From: an uncultured virus (IMG/VR IMGVR_UViG_3300031830_000001)
Lineage: Duplodnaviria; Heunggongvirae; Uroviricota; Caudoviricetes
Direction: 5' to 3' (one strand)
DNA length: 20,640 bases
Virus record (IMG/VR): IMGVR_UViG_3300031830_000001
The position numbers and the translations under genes were made by a program. Under the pieces are notes generated by a model that was given only the letters and a program-made list of their open reading frames with translations, was not told the origin of the DNA and ran no database searches. Shown in pieces: positions 1 through 7,613 of the stretch; within the stretch, counting starts at the first letter, position 1, and each line of letters begins with the position of its first letter.

Positions 1-1635
1 GCCTTTTCTCAGGTATTCTACAATAGGCGCGCCGATATTTGGAGCTTTCCTAATTCGCAAGTTGTCAACTAGAACAGTTCCTCTATATTTATATTCAGGC
101 TCTGGAGGCGGGGGTGAGGGAGTTCCAGAAAGATACTTTTGTTTAAATTCGGCAGTAGTAATATTTTTATCTACATGATTGCTCTCTAAGCCGTATAGTT
201 TACCTTCAAAGTTACCATCGGCGGAAAATTGCCACAACTCCCACTTTGTCCAATCTAAAGGTCGATAAGAATCTTTCTCACCGAACCAGGGCAAATCAGT
301 TCCGTATCTAGCTACCCATAACCCGTATCTAGACCAACCAGACCATCTACTAACATAGACATTCCACCATGAGCCTCTTGTATAAATCAAAGGCGGGTGT
401 AAATTATATTGCTTCAGCCACTCTTCTAGCAATTGAGCTAGTTTCTGAATTACGGAGGTAATTTTCTCTTTAGATTGCCCGTTATCAAATTCACAATCTA
501 AAGCAACTGGAAAATCTGGAATTTTATCGCCAAATGATTTCTTAAAAAACTCAAAATGAGCCTCAGCACTTACTTTAGGGTCAACAAAGATATAGCAACT
601 AACGGGTATCTTAGCATCTTTTAGAATTTGCCAAAACTCCTCAAATTTAGAGTCCTTAGTATAATCTCCTTGAGTACATTTGATAATGACCCCAATGACA
701 TTATTTTCTCTCATTTTATTTACATCTAAAATCCGACCATTCCACTTAGAAATATCTAGAATAACCTCCCGCCTATCAAATGGAATATCTATATTAAGAA
801 GGTTCATTATATTACTAATTTTACATCCTACGATGTACCCCCCTCCACCTGCGAAAAGAATACCAACTACTTTATTACTTCCCTGTTCTAAAATAGGGGA
901 GCCACTATCTCCAGGGGCGCCTCCCATTTTACAAATAAAGCAATCCTTTAATGTATAAGTTGTCCCATCATAATCAACATTAACTGTAACTCCGATAGCA
1001 GTAACAGAACCAAATGTAGCATCTGTAGAACGCCCATATTTCTTTACAGACATCCCAACTGAGGGGTCTTTCCACCCATTTACTGTAGGAAGTAAATTCC
1101 AGATTCCTGTCAAATATTTAGCGGTTGGTTTAGCCAGGGCTGCATCAACTGTTGTACCATTTTCCAATTTGATAAATTTATATAAAGTCCCCACAACCTC
1201 AGTACCCCCATCATATTTACCAGGTTGGTAAATGCTATCTCCAATTTGAGCTTTATTTGTATTAGCAAATACGTGATTATTTGACAAAAGTAAAAATTCA
1301 CCACTAGTTTTTTCCTGTACAACTAGAGAAAGAGTTCCCGCCGTAACTTTTTCATGCCCGATAGAAATACTCCCCTGTAAAGGTCGAATCTTAGCCGTCC
1401 TATTATAGGCTTTAAATGAATCTACTTTAATAACTTTAACTTTGCTTAGGCTATAACTATTTAGATAGGGAATGTCTTTATCTGTAAAGATAACTAATCC
1501 CTCATCATCATAACCCACTGCTAAAGCTCCACTCCTAATAAAAGAGTCCTCATGTTCTTCTTTAAGAGCTTTAATTTCCTCCTTAGATAAGCTCTTAAAG
1601 GCTCGTTTAAATTGATTAATATACTTTCTAACCAT
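1..1635 (-). CDS. Endolysin, partial (3' end outside window): S1/chymotrypsin-like serine protease + GH25 muramidase + Pro linker + start of SH3b-like domain
   Basis: Manual translation from ATG 1635 is open to position 1 (545 codons, MVRKYINQF...). Protease motifs: TAGTLS, LLSNNHV (His 1273-1275), YQPGKYDGG, VDAALA (Asp 1144-1146), KKYGRST, PGDSGSP (Ser 904-906), VVGILFAG. GH25 motifs: ILDISKWNG, IIKCTQG, VALDCE (DxE), PLIYT, LWVARY, WELWQFS, VDKN. These are followed by PSPPPPEPE and VLVDNLRIRKAPN...VEYLRKG. The start overlaps the holin end by 8 bp. Confidence 0.9.
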   Translation of the reverse strand, partial: MVRKYINQFKRAFKSLSKEEIKALKEEHEDSFIRSGALAVGYDDEGLVIFTDKDIPYLNSYSLSKVKVIKVDSFKAYNRTAKIRPLQGSISIGHEKVTAGTLSLVVQEKTSGEFLLLSNNHVFANTNKAQIGDSIYQPGKYDGGTEVVGTLYKFIKLENGTTVDAALAKPTAKYLTGIWNLLPTVNGWKDPSVGMSVKKYGRSTDATFGSVTAIGVTVNVDYDGTTYTLKDCFICKMGGAPGDSGSPILEQGSNKVVGILFAGGGGYIVGCKISNIMNLLNIDIPFDRREVILDISKWNGRILDVNKMRENNVIGVIIKCTQGDYTKDSKFEEFWQILKDAKIPVSCYIFVDPKVSAEAHFEFFKKSFGDKIPDFPVALDCEFDNGQSKEKITSVIQKLAQLLEEWLKQYNLHPPLIYTRGSWWNVYVSRWSGWSRYGLWVARYGTDLPWFGEKDSYRPLDWTKWELWQFSADGNFEGKLYGLESNHVDKNITTAEFKQKYLSGTPSPPPPEPEYKYRGTVLVDNLRIRKAPNIGAPIVEYLRKG

Positions 1636-1921
1636 AAGTCTTTTTCCTATTAGGGTCTAAACTATGCGCAGCTTGATTTAAGAAAATCATCCCAAACACA
1701 GAAGCTAAAACTTGAAAGTATGGCTCTAAAGTCCTTAAAATTTCCTGAGGGACAAAATTTGAAACCAATAAAGCTCCCAAACCTAGAAAAGCACTTAAAC
1801 CAAACTGCAAATATCTCTTTTGTTGGGGAGTTAAATTTTGAAACCAATCTACCTGCTCTAAAGCCCATGAGGCTGCAATAACACAACCACCACTGACGAG
1901 CCAAAGTAAAAATTCAGACAT
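1628..1921 (-). CDS. Putative holin
   Basis: 97 aa with three hydrophobic segments and a basic C-terminus (NRKKTYG). Strong AGGAGGT Shine-Dalgarno upstream. Lies directly before, and overlaps, the endolysin. Confidence 0.75.
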   Translation of the reverse strand: MSEFLLWLVSGGCVIAASWALEQVDWFQNLTPQQKRYLQFGLSAFLGLGALLVSNFVPQEILRTLEPYFQVLASVFGMIFLNQAAHSLDPNRKKTYG

Positions 1922-1958
1922 TTTATACCTCCTCTACTCAAAAATTATCTATAATTTA

Positions 1959-1978
1959 ATTTTACCACAGTAATTATA
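1959..1978 (-). promoter_or_regulatory. Possible sigma70-type promoter elements upstream of the lysis cassette
   Basis: The minus strand has TATAAT (1978-1973) and an extended -10 match TGTG-G-TAAAAT (1969-1959) in the 94-bp AT-rich gap. There is no good -35 at 17-bp spacing, so chance matches are possible. Confidence 0.3.
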
Positions 1979-2015
1979 ACCTAACATCTCTGTCGATTTT
2001 TTTTTTCATTTTCCC

Positions 2016-2474
2016 CTATTTAGGGGGATTAGGAAACGGTAATGTTACCACATCGTTATAAGTATAAATTTGCGATAAATCCACTTCTGGGTTGTCGGTA
2101 TCTAGCTTCCAGGTCGCTGGTAAATCCCGTAATCGTTGCCGATACGCTTGCCATGCAGGTTTGTTAGTTTGTACATCAGGTAAAACAGCAAAATCACTTT
2201 CGGTAAGTAGTTGATTGCGATACTCCCGAATCCAGCGTTTGATAGTTGATAATGTTGGTTTATCTTTTGGAATTTCGACTAAATTACCTTCTTCGTCTGG
2301 CATAAAGTTCATAGTTTGTTCGTATTCTACTTCTGCTTTTTGTAATTGTTCTAATAATTTTTTCTCTGCGGCTTCTTCTGTGTCCTTATCAGATAGTATT
2401 AATTCCACTCGCAAAGCGGGGTATTTTTTAGATTGTATATAAATTGAATTATGTCCTGTGCGATAAATGTCCAT
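2016..2474 (-). CDS. Tail fibre assembly chaperone
   Basis: Motif WIREYRNQLLTESDFAVLPD...WQAYRQRLRDLP...FPNPPK is typical of phage tail assembly chaperones. Immediately downstream of the fibre gene, with a GAGG RBS. Confidence 0.85.
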   Translation of the reverse strand: MDIYRTGHNSIYIQSKKYPALRVELILSDKDTEEAAEKKLLEQLQKAEVEYEQTMNFMPDEEGNLVEIPKDKPTLSTIKRWIREYRNQLLTESDFAVLPDVQTNKPAWQAYRQRLRDLPATWKLDTDNPEVDLSQIYTYNDVVTLPFPNPPK

Positions 2475-2482
2475 AAGACCTC

Positions 2483-4009
2483 TTAAAAATTTGTGTAATA
2501 GAAATGAAAATAACCTGCCCTGGGACCCGTGCTGGTTCGATTACGAACAAATATACCATGTCGGGTGGGAGTAAAACTATAAGATGCAGACGCAGTAAAA
2601 CTGCTATGTACATCATCATTTGCATAAAGCCAAATTATTGATGATGTTCCAATAGTCATTCTCAAATAAAGGGCTTTTCCCCCAGGAAACGTACTAGATA
2701 GTTGTATTTCTGTTATTGTTGTTCCAGAACGTTCGCGTTTGAACAAAGCAGCATCATAAGAGCTGTAAGTTCCAACACCACCTCTGATGAAAAATTCGAC
2801 GGAGTATTCATTATTATTGTCTACATATCCATTATCAATTCTTATACCCACATCTACATTATTTGAGTCGGCAGCACACCACGCATTAATGTTACCATCG
2901 ATAGGTACGTTTTGACTTTTATACAAGAAACAAGTTATATTTACTTGAGAACTGCTTGGGGTAGCTTGTAATAAATGATTGATAACATTATAGACAGTCC
3001 AAGATGGCGTTGTTGTCCATCCAGTCCAATAAGACGACAAGTTACTAGTTGTGAAATGGTCTCTCATAGTGTGAGATGGAAACTTTGCAAAATACCCATT
3101 TGTATCCAACCCATACCCATTTAGTACCAAAGTCTTTCCAGTTTGAATCTGCACTCCATCCGAAATCTCACTCATTACACTATCCCCAATCGCATTCGTC
3201 CCCGTGAATTTGGGAATAGTATTAGTTGTCCCTGAACCCAACACTGCCGTTCCAGTTCCTGGCACGGTCATTGTATAATCCTTTGTGCGCACCGTGTTAG
3301 TGCGTTCATTTTTGAGCCCGTTTTCGTCAATCGTGACAGCAGTGACGGGAGTAGTACTTCCTGTTGGAGTGACTTCTACGTCCAGCTTTGTACCGTGTGC
3401 CGTGCTCGACCAGTTTTGTGCCGCTCGCAAATTTATTCTTACACGACTTCCACTAGCCCAATTAGTGCCGTCATGACCGAGAGCGGAAATCCGACCGAGC
3501 AGGTCGTTGTTCTGAACTGCTCCACTTCCGCTTTGGCGAGAGCGCCAAAAAGCCAAGAACGGATTATAACTATCGGTTATGCGTCGCACATCCACATAGC
3601 CGCGAGACCAGAAGGTCTCACCATAATCTCCGTAGATAGTGTCACCGATAAGTGCCAGAGCGTCCAAATCAGACTCATATTCGATACCCGTTATGGCTTT
3701 GAGCATGTTATTAACATCCCAGAAGACGACATGGTTTTGCGACCCTGTGCCTTGCGGGATGACTTTGAACTCCAAACCGTCTTCGGCAGAATTAACGGAG
3801 ACAACCTTGTTAGCGTGACCTGAGTAACTGTTCGGCGTATCCGTAAGACCGATAAACGTAGACGTCCCACCACTCAGGTCACCGTTTAGCTTTGTCAACG
3901 TGCCGTTGACGGTAATCGTATCATATTGCATCGCGTAAACTTGCAGCTCCTCTCCTGCCGCGACGAAAACCTTGTTAGCATAACTTCCGATTACCTTGAC
4001 CACAGCCAT
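2483..4009 (-). CDS. Tail fibre / receptor-binding protein
   Basis: 508 aa, Gly/Ser/Thr-rich. Fibre-type modules FIGLTDTPNSYSGHANKVVSVNSAEDGLEF, AVQNNDLLGRISALGHDG...QNWSSTAHGTKL and GSGTTNTIPKFTGTNAIGDS, then a beta-rich C-terminal domain. Followed by a chaperone. GGAGGT RBS 6 nt before the ATG. Confidence 0.8.
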   Translation of the reverse strand: MAVVKVIGSYANKVFVAAGEELQVYAMQYDTITVNGTLTKLNGDLSGGTSTFIGLTDTPNSYSGHANKVVSVNSAEDGLEFKVIPQGTGSQNHVVFWDVNNMLKAITGIEYESDLDALALIGDTIYGDYGETFWSRGYVDVRRITDSYNPFLAFWRSRQSGSGAVQNNDLLGRISALGHDGTNWASGSRVRINLRAAQNWSSTAHGTKLDVEVTPTGSTTPVTAVTIDENGLKNERTNTVRTKDYTMTVPGTGTAVLGSGTTNTIPKFTGTNAIGDSVMSEISDGVQIQTGKTLVLNGYGLDTNGYFAKFPSHTMRDHFTTSNLSSYWTGWTTTPSWTVYNVINHLLQATPSSSQVNITCFLYKSQNVPIDGNINAWCAADSNNVDVGIRIDNGYVDNNNEYSVEFFIRGGVGTYSSYDAALFKRERSGTTITEIQLSSTFPGGKALYLRMTIGTSSIIWLYANDDVHSSFTASASYSFTPTRHGIFVRNRTSTGPRAGYFHFYYTNF

Positions 4010-4789
4010 CTATCCACCTCCAAAACTTGCTATTTGCAATCCATAAGTCGTACCGTTGAAACCACAATGTGCGATTTGACCTGTACAAGAATAAGTAATG
4101 CATCCATACCCTTGTCCAGAAGTAGAAATCCCTTCGAAGTAACACAAATCCGCGTAAAGCGTTGTTGCATGGGGTCCCATAACTAAACCAGCAGCCGTTC
4201 CAGAAGAAGCTGAAGCAAATGCGTAAACTCGACTAAAGGCAGCCGAGTAAGCAACCTGGATTGCATAAGTCGTCCCTGAACTGCTGTTGTTGACATAAAC
4301 CAGCAAATCCCGAAAGGAGTAACCCGACAATGAACAAGAAATTCCACGTACAGGATTCGTGGAGTTCGCATTGAACAAAAACGCAAGGTTATCCAGCGCA
4401 ACCTGTCCAGTAGTGATAGAGACTAAGTTTCCACTCACAAACCCAGGAGCATTACTGATTACGGCTCCTTTGTGATAAGTGTCCAAAGAAACGTTCCGCA
4501 CAGGGTCTCGAACTCCGATAAGTTTTATCTTCTTGTGGATACTTAGCGTACTGTTGAGTTGGATATGTACAGCAGGGATGGTAATCGTATCGTAGTCGGC
4601 AGCGGCACCAATCGCCGCACGCAATCCGTCCTCATCTGCCGTGTACCTGCGAACCTTCGAACCATAAAGCACGATTTCCGCCCCTCCCTCGCTGCTAGAA
4701 GTGCGCTTGGCAAGGTTGGCAAGCTGCTCGATGTCCCGCATGGCGAAGGGACGTAAGCGCTCCCAGAGTTCATGCGCCGTTTCCGTCAT
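4010..4789 (-). CDS. Tail-tip protein with probable right-handed beta-helix (tailspike-like)
   Basis: 259 aa. DGLRAAIGAAADYDTITIPAVHIQLNSTLSIHKKIKLIG resembles a beta-helix cap plus first rungs, followed by periodic beta-strands. TGATG overlap with the upstream gene. Confidence 0.65.
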   Translation of the reverse strand: MTETAHELWERLRPFAMRDIEQLANLAKRTSSSEGGAEIVLYGSKVRRYTADEDGLRAAIGAAADYDTITIPAVHIQLNSTLSIHKKIKLIGVRDPVRNVSLDTYHKGAVISNAPGFVSGNLVSITTGQVALDNLAFLFNANSTNPVRGISCSLSGYSFRDLLVYVNNSSSGTTYAIQVAYSAAFSRVYAFASASSGTAAGLVMGPHATTLYADLCYFEGISTSGQGYGCITYSCTGQIAHCGFNGTTYGLQIASFGGG

Positions 4790-6279
4790 CAGTACACCTC
4801 CCCCAGCAGGTAAGGACTGCTGCGTCCGGCAATCCGACTAATGCGCCATCTTCCACCCTGATACTCGACTTCTTCCGGCAAGAAGCCGACCTTCAACCTG
4901 GCATCTTCGAGCAAGTAGTACTCGCCGAGTTTGACGCCGGCGAAAACGTCTGCTCGATAGCGCGTCTTTCCATCCCTGCGCAGATAATAGTAATCGCTTT
5001 CCGTAGATGGTTCGGAGGGGAGAAGTTTACAAACCAGCTTGCGATTAGAATCTACGTAAGCAATTGCCCGATTGCTCTCCAGCTTGAGCAGTTCTTTCAA
5101 CTCGTAAAGAGCCGTGTTATATCCCTCGCGGAATACCCTGGTCTCTGTGCCGAAACTGCTCTGGAATTCTACACCATTCAAAAATTGTCCGCAGGTCGTG
5201 ACGATGTTCTCGATTTGCTCCTTCACGCTCCCCATGCCGATAAGCTCGAAGTTCAGGTCTCCCTTCTGCGGCGCGTGCTTCCAAGCCGATAAGTTGGTGT
5301 ACCAAAGGTACAGGTCGCCCCGCGGATAGCCTAAATCCAGATTGGTGTCGACCATGAAATATTTGCTTGCATCTACCGACCCGGAGCGCTCAACCGTTAT
5401 CCAGTATATCGTGCCCGGCGACAGGTTGACCGCGCTTGCAAACTCCTTCTCCGTCCAATCGGAAGATGTCCCGATTTCACCCGCCGGGATGGTTACGGTT
5501 GCCAGAGCCGTGCCGGGGACACCACCGGCATCCTGACATAGCTTGACAACCAGGTTATCGGTCGGGGGATTGGCTTCCGGGTACTTCCACGGTCGGATGC
5601 GGATTTTCTTTGCCGACCAGCCGGAAGTCGACGATAGTTGTATCTGCTGCGCGAGCTTCGGTCGGTCATCTTCCCCGATTTCCCGTCCGCCCGAACCGGT
5701 CTCGGAATAACCCTCATAACCTTTGTCGTTAGCATAGTACATCCAATCCAGGGTCTGCATCAGTCCGATAACGCCGATGACGACCTCATCCCCGCCCATA
5801 CCGGCAACGTCCAATCCGATATTCGGCTCTTTGTGCAGTTCAAGGTATTTGCCTGCCAGCGTATTTGTCTCGCCTTCGGTCTTTTCCGAGACGGTCAGGA
5901 GCTTTTGCTTGCGCCCGTATGTGGCAATGCTCACGACATCTTCTACCCAGTCCGTTTGGACGTTCTTCATGCCGAGGGCAGAAATCACCTTGACGCTGTT
6001 AGCCATATCATCCAGGCTCGCCTGCAGGGTCATCTGACCATGCGGAACGCGCACGTTGGTAATCAGACCGACCCAGCGTCCCAGCTCTTCCTCGTCCCAT
6101 AGCTCTACGTAGTTGCCGACAAGCGCTAAGTATTCCTCCTCTACTCCGGCAAACGGCAGGATAACCTCTGCGCTTACCAATCCGCCGAACGCGGCCAGGG
6201 TCATGCGCTCAACCCGCAGGTCGTCCTCCGTGAACAGCACGTAAAGCGATTGACGGCTGAGTATCTTTGCCCGTATCAT
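4789..6279 (-). CDS. Baseplate hub / Tal-like tail-tip protein with an inserted beta-sandwich domain
   Basis: 496 aa, second gene after the tape measure. Hub-type motifs WVGLITNV, LDDMANSVKV and DVVSIATYGRKQ. ATGA overlap with the upstream gene. Confidence 0.65.
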   Translation of the reverse strand: MIRAKILSRQSLYVLFTEDDLRVERMTLAAFGGLVSAEVILPFAGVEEEYLALVGNYVELWDEEELGRWVGLITNVRVPHGQMTLQASLDDMANSVKVISALGMKNVQTDWVEDVVSIATYGRKQKLLTVSEKTEGETNTLAGKYLELHKEPNIGLDVAGMGGDEVVIGVIGLMQTLDWMYYANDKGYEGYSETGSGGREIGEDDRPKLAQQIQLSSTSGWSAKKIRIRPWKYPEANPPTDNLVVKLCQDAGGVPGTALATVTIPAGEIGTSSDWTEKEFASAVNLSPGTIYWITVERSGSVDASKYFMVDTNLDLGYPRGDLYLWYTNLSAWKHAPQKGDLNFELIGMGSVKEQIENIVTTCGQFLNGVEFQSSFGTETRVFREGYNTALYELKELLKLESNRAIAYVDSNRKLVCKLLPSEPSTESDYYYLRRDGKTRYRADVFAGVKLGEYYLLEDARLKVGFLPEEVEYQGGRWRISRIAGRSSPYLLGEVY

Positions 6280-7613
6280 GCCCGCGTCCTTGCTCTCGCA
6301 AACACCTGCGCGTTGACCCGTTTCAACACATGTCCCGCGCCGCGCATCTTGATATAGATTACTGCGCCCGTTCCCGGAAGGCAGGTAAAACTTCCCCCGC
6401 CCCGGATTACCCAGTGGTCAATCACTTTGCCAGTGCCATCCTGGACGTATGCTCTGCGCTCTGCGCCATCGATGATAAGCTTCTCCCCGTTTGCAAGACC
6501 CCGCCCAGAAGCCGAAAAGACCTCGACCAGGTCTTGAGCGGGAAAAATTTCCAAGTAGTCTAGTTCGAGCGTTGTATTCGTCCCTGCTATGGCAAGCAGG
6601 GACAGATTGTAAGTCGTGTCGTATTTTGTGCTCAGGTCAAGCGCGGTAGTGCGCAGAATGCCCGTCTTTATCAGTTCGACAGATTCGGCTTCGGTCTGCC
6701 GCCATTCTGAGAAAACCGCCGAGCCTTTGCCGATGCGCACCCCAAGTCTCACATTTGCCGAGGGATTGAGCACCCGCGCCAGTACCAGAAGCGGGTCGTA
6801 CTCGAACATGCGTAAATCACTAATCGTCCAGCTTATCACGCTCGACCAGCTTGTACTAACGTTTAGCTCTTTGTAATATCCGTATTGATAATTGTTATAG
6901 TCTGCCGTCCCTGGCTTTTGCGTACCGCCCGCGCCGTCCTTTGCGTCGAAGACGCGCTGATTCTTGTCCCCGCTGTTCATCTGGTTGCCAACGGTCAGGA
7001 TAACCGCATCGATGGCGTTGCTGTCTTGAGAGGTCAACTCGATTTTCAGCGGATAGGGTAGATGGCTGGAAAAATCGTTTGTGTGCGCGGCGTAGTTATA
7101 GGTCAGATAGCTGTAGAAGTTTCCCAGCGTCCCGCCCTGATTGCTCGTCAGATTGTCAACCCGAATCGGGGAAGCCGTGTCGCCGGCGACGTGCGGGTTG
7201 TACATTTTCAATCCAACTTCGCCCGATTCCCAGTAAGCCGGGTGTTTCACTTTCAGCGTCACCTCCGGCTTGCGCCCGTTCAGGTCGCGGTAAAAGTCGC
7301 GGTCAAGCTCAATCTGCAGGTCATCAATCGGCGTGCGGTAATAATCTGTGCCGCTGTCGCTCACGTCACGTTCTAAATATACACGCGCAAAGCCGGAGTT
7401 TTTATTGTAATCCCTCACCCGCTCGGCCACCCATTCCAGGTCTCCAAGCAGGGAAAGGTTTTGTGTGGTCGATGTCCCAAGAAGAGCGAGCGTCAGCGCG
7501 TCCTCTTCTGCGCCGCATTCATAGTCCAGCACGCCGTAGCCGTTCGACGCCGTCAGGGTCAGCGTCTTGCTTGCCAGAACGACATCATCGAAGCGCAGGC
7601 GGAAGATGGTCAT
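6276..7613 (-). CDS. Distal tail (Dit-like) protein
   Basis: 445 aa, directly after the tape measure (TGATG overlap). Dit-like elements VTLKVKHPAYWES and LANGEKLIIDG...FTCLPG. Confidence 0.6.
   Translation of the reverse strand: MTIFRLRFDDVVLASKTLTLTASNGYGVLDYECGAEEDALTLALLGTSTTQNLSLLGDLEWVAERVRDYNKNSGFARVYLERDVSDSGTDYYRTPIDDLQIELDRDFYRDLNGRKPEVTLKVKHPAYWESGEVGLKMYNPHVAGDTASPIRVDNLTSNQGGTLGNFYSYLTYNYAAHTNDFSSHLPYPLKIELTSQDSNAIDAVILTVGNQMNSGDKNQRVFDAKDGAGGTQKPGTADYNNYQYGYYKELNVSTSWSSVISWTISDLRMFEYDPLLVLARVLNPSANVRLGVRIGKGSAVFSEWRQTEAESVELIKTGILRTTALDLSTKYDTTYNLSLLAIAGTNTTLELDYLEIFPAQDLVEVFSASGRGLANGEKLIIDGAERRAYVQDGTGKVIDHWVIRGGGSFTCLPGTGAVIYIKMRGAGHVLKRVNAQVFARARTRA

Noticed and set aside
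302..332. 10-bp direct repeat CCGTATCTAG
   Set aside because: Only two copies, encoding SRYG/ARYG within GH25. Not CRISPR-like or att-like.
750..810. Internal start for a stand-alone GH25 product (GGGAGG near 765-770, Met near 807)
   Set aside because: The SD-like sequence has no start codon at suitable spacing, and the Met has no nearby SD.
680..1322. Track ORFs 680-958 (+) and 1110-1322 (-)
   Set aside because: They lie inside the endolysin frame, which carries clear catalytic motifs.
2483..2700. Diversity-generating retroelement target at the fibre C-terminus
   Set aside because: No second near-identical copy (template repeat) and no reverse transcriptase seen in the window.
4010..4012. 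Genome-wide TAG stop-codon reassignment
   Set aside because: TAG ends the capsid, protease, holin and chaperone genes at sensible positions, and long genes contain no internal TAG.
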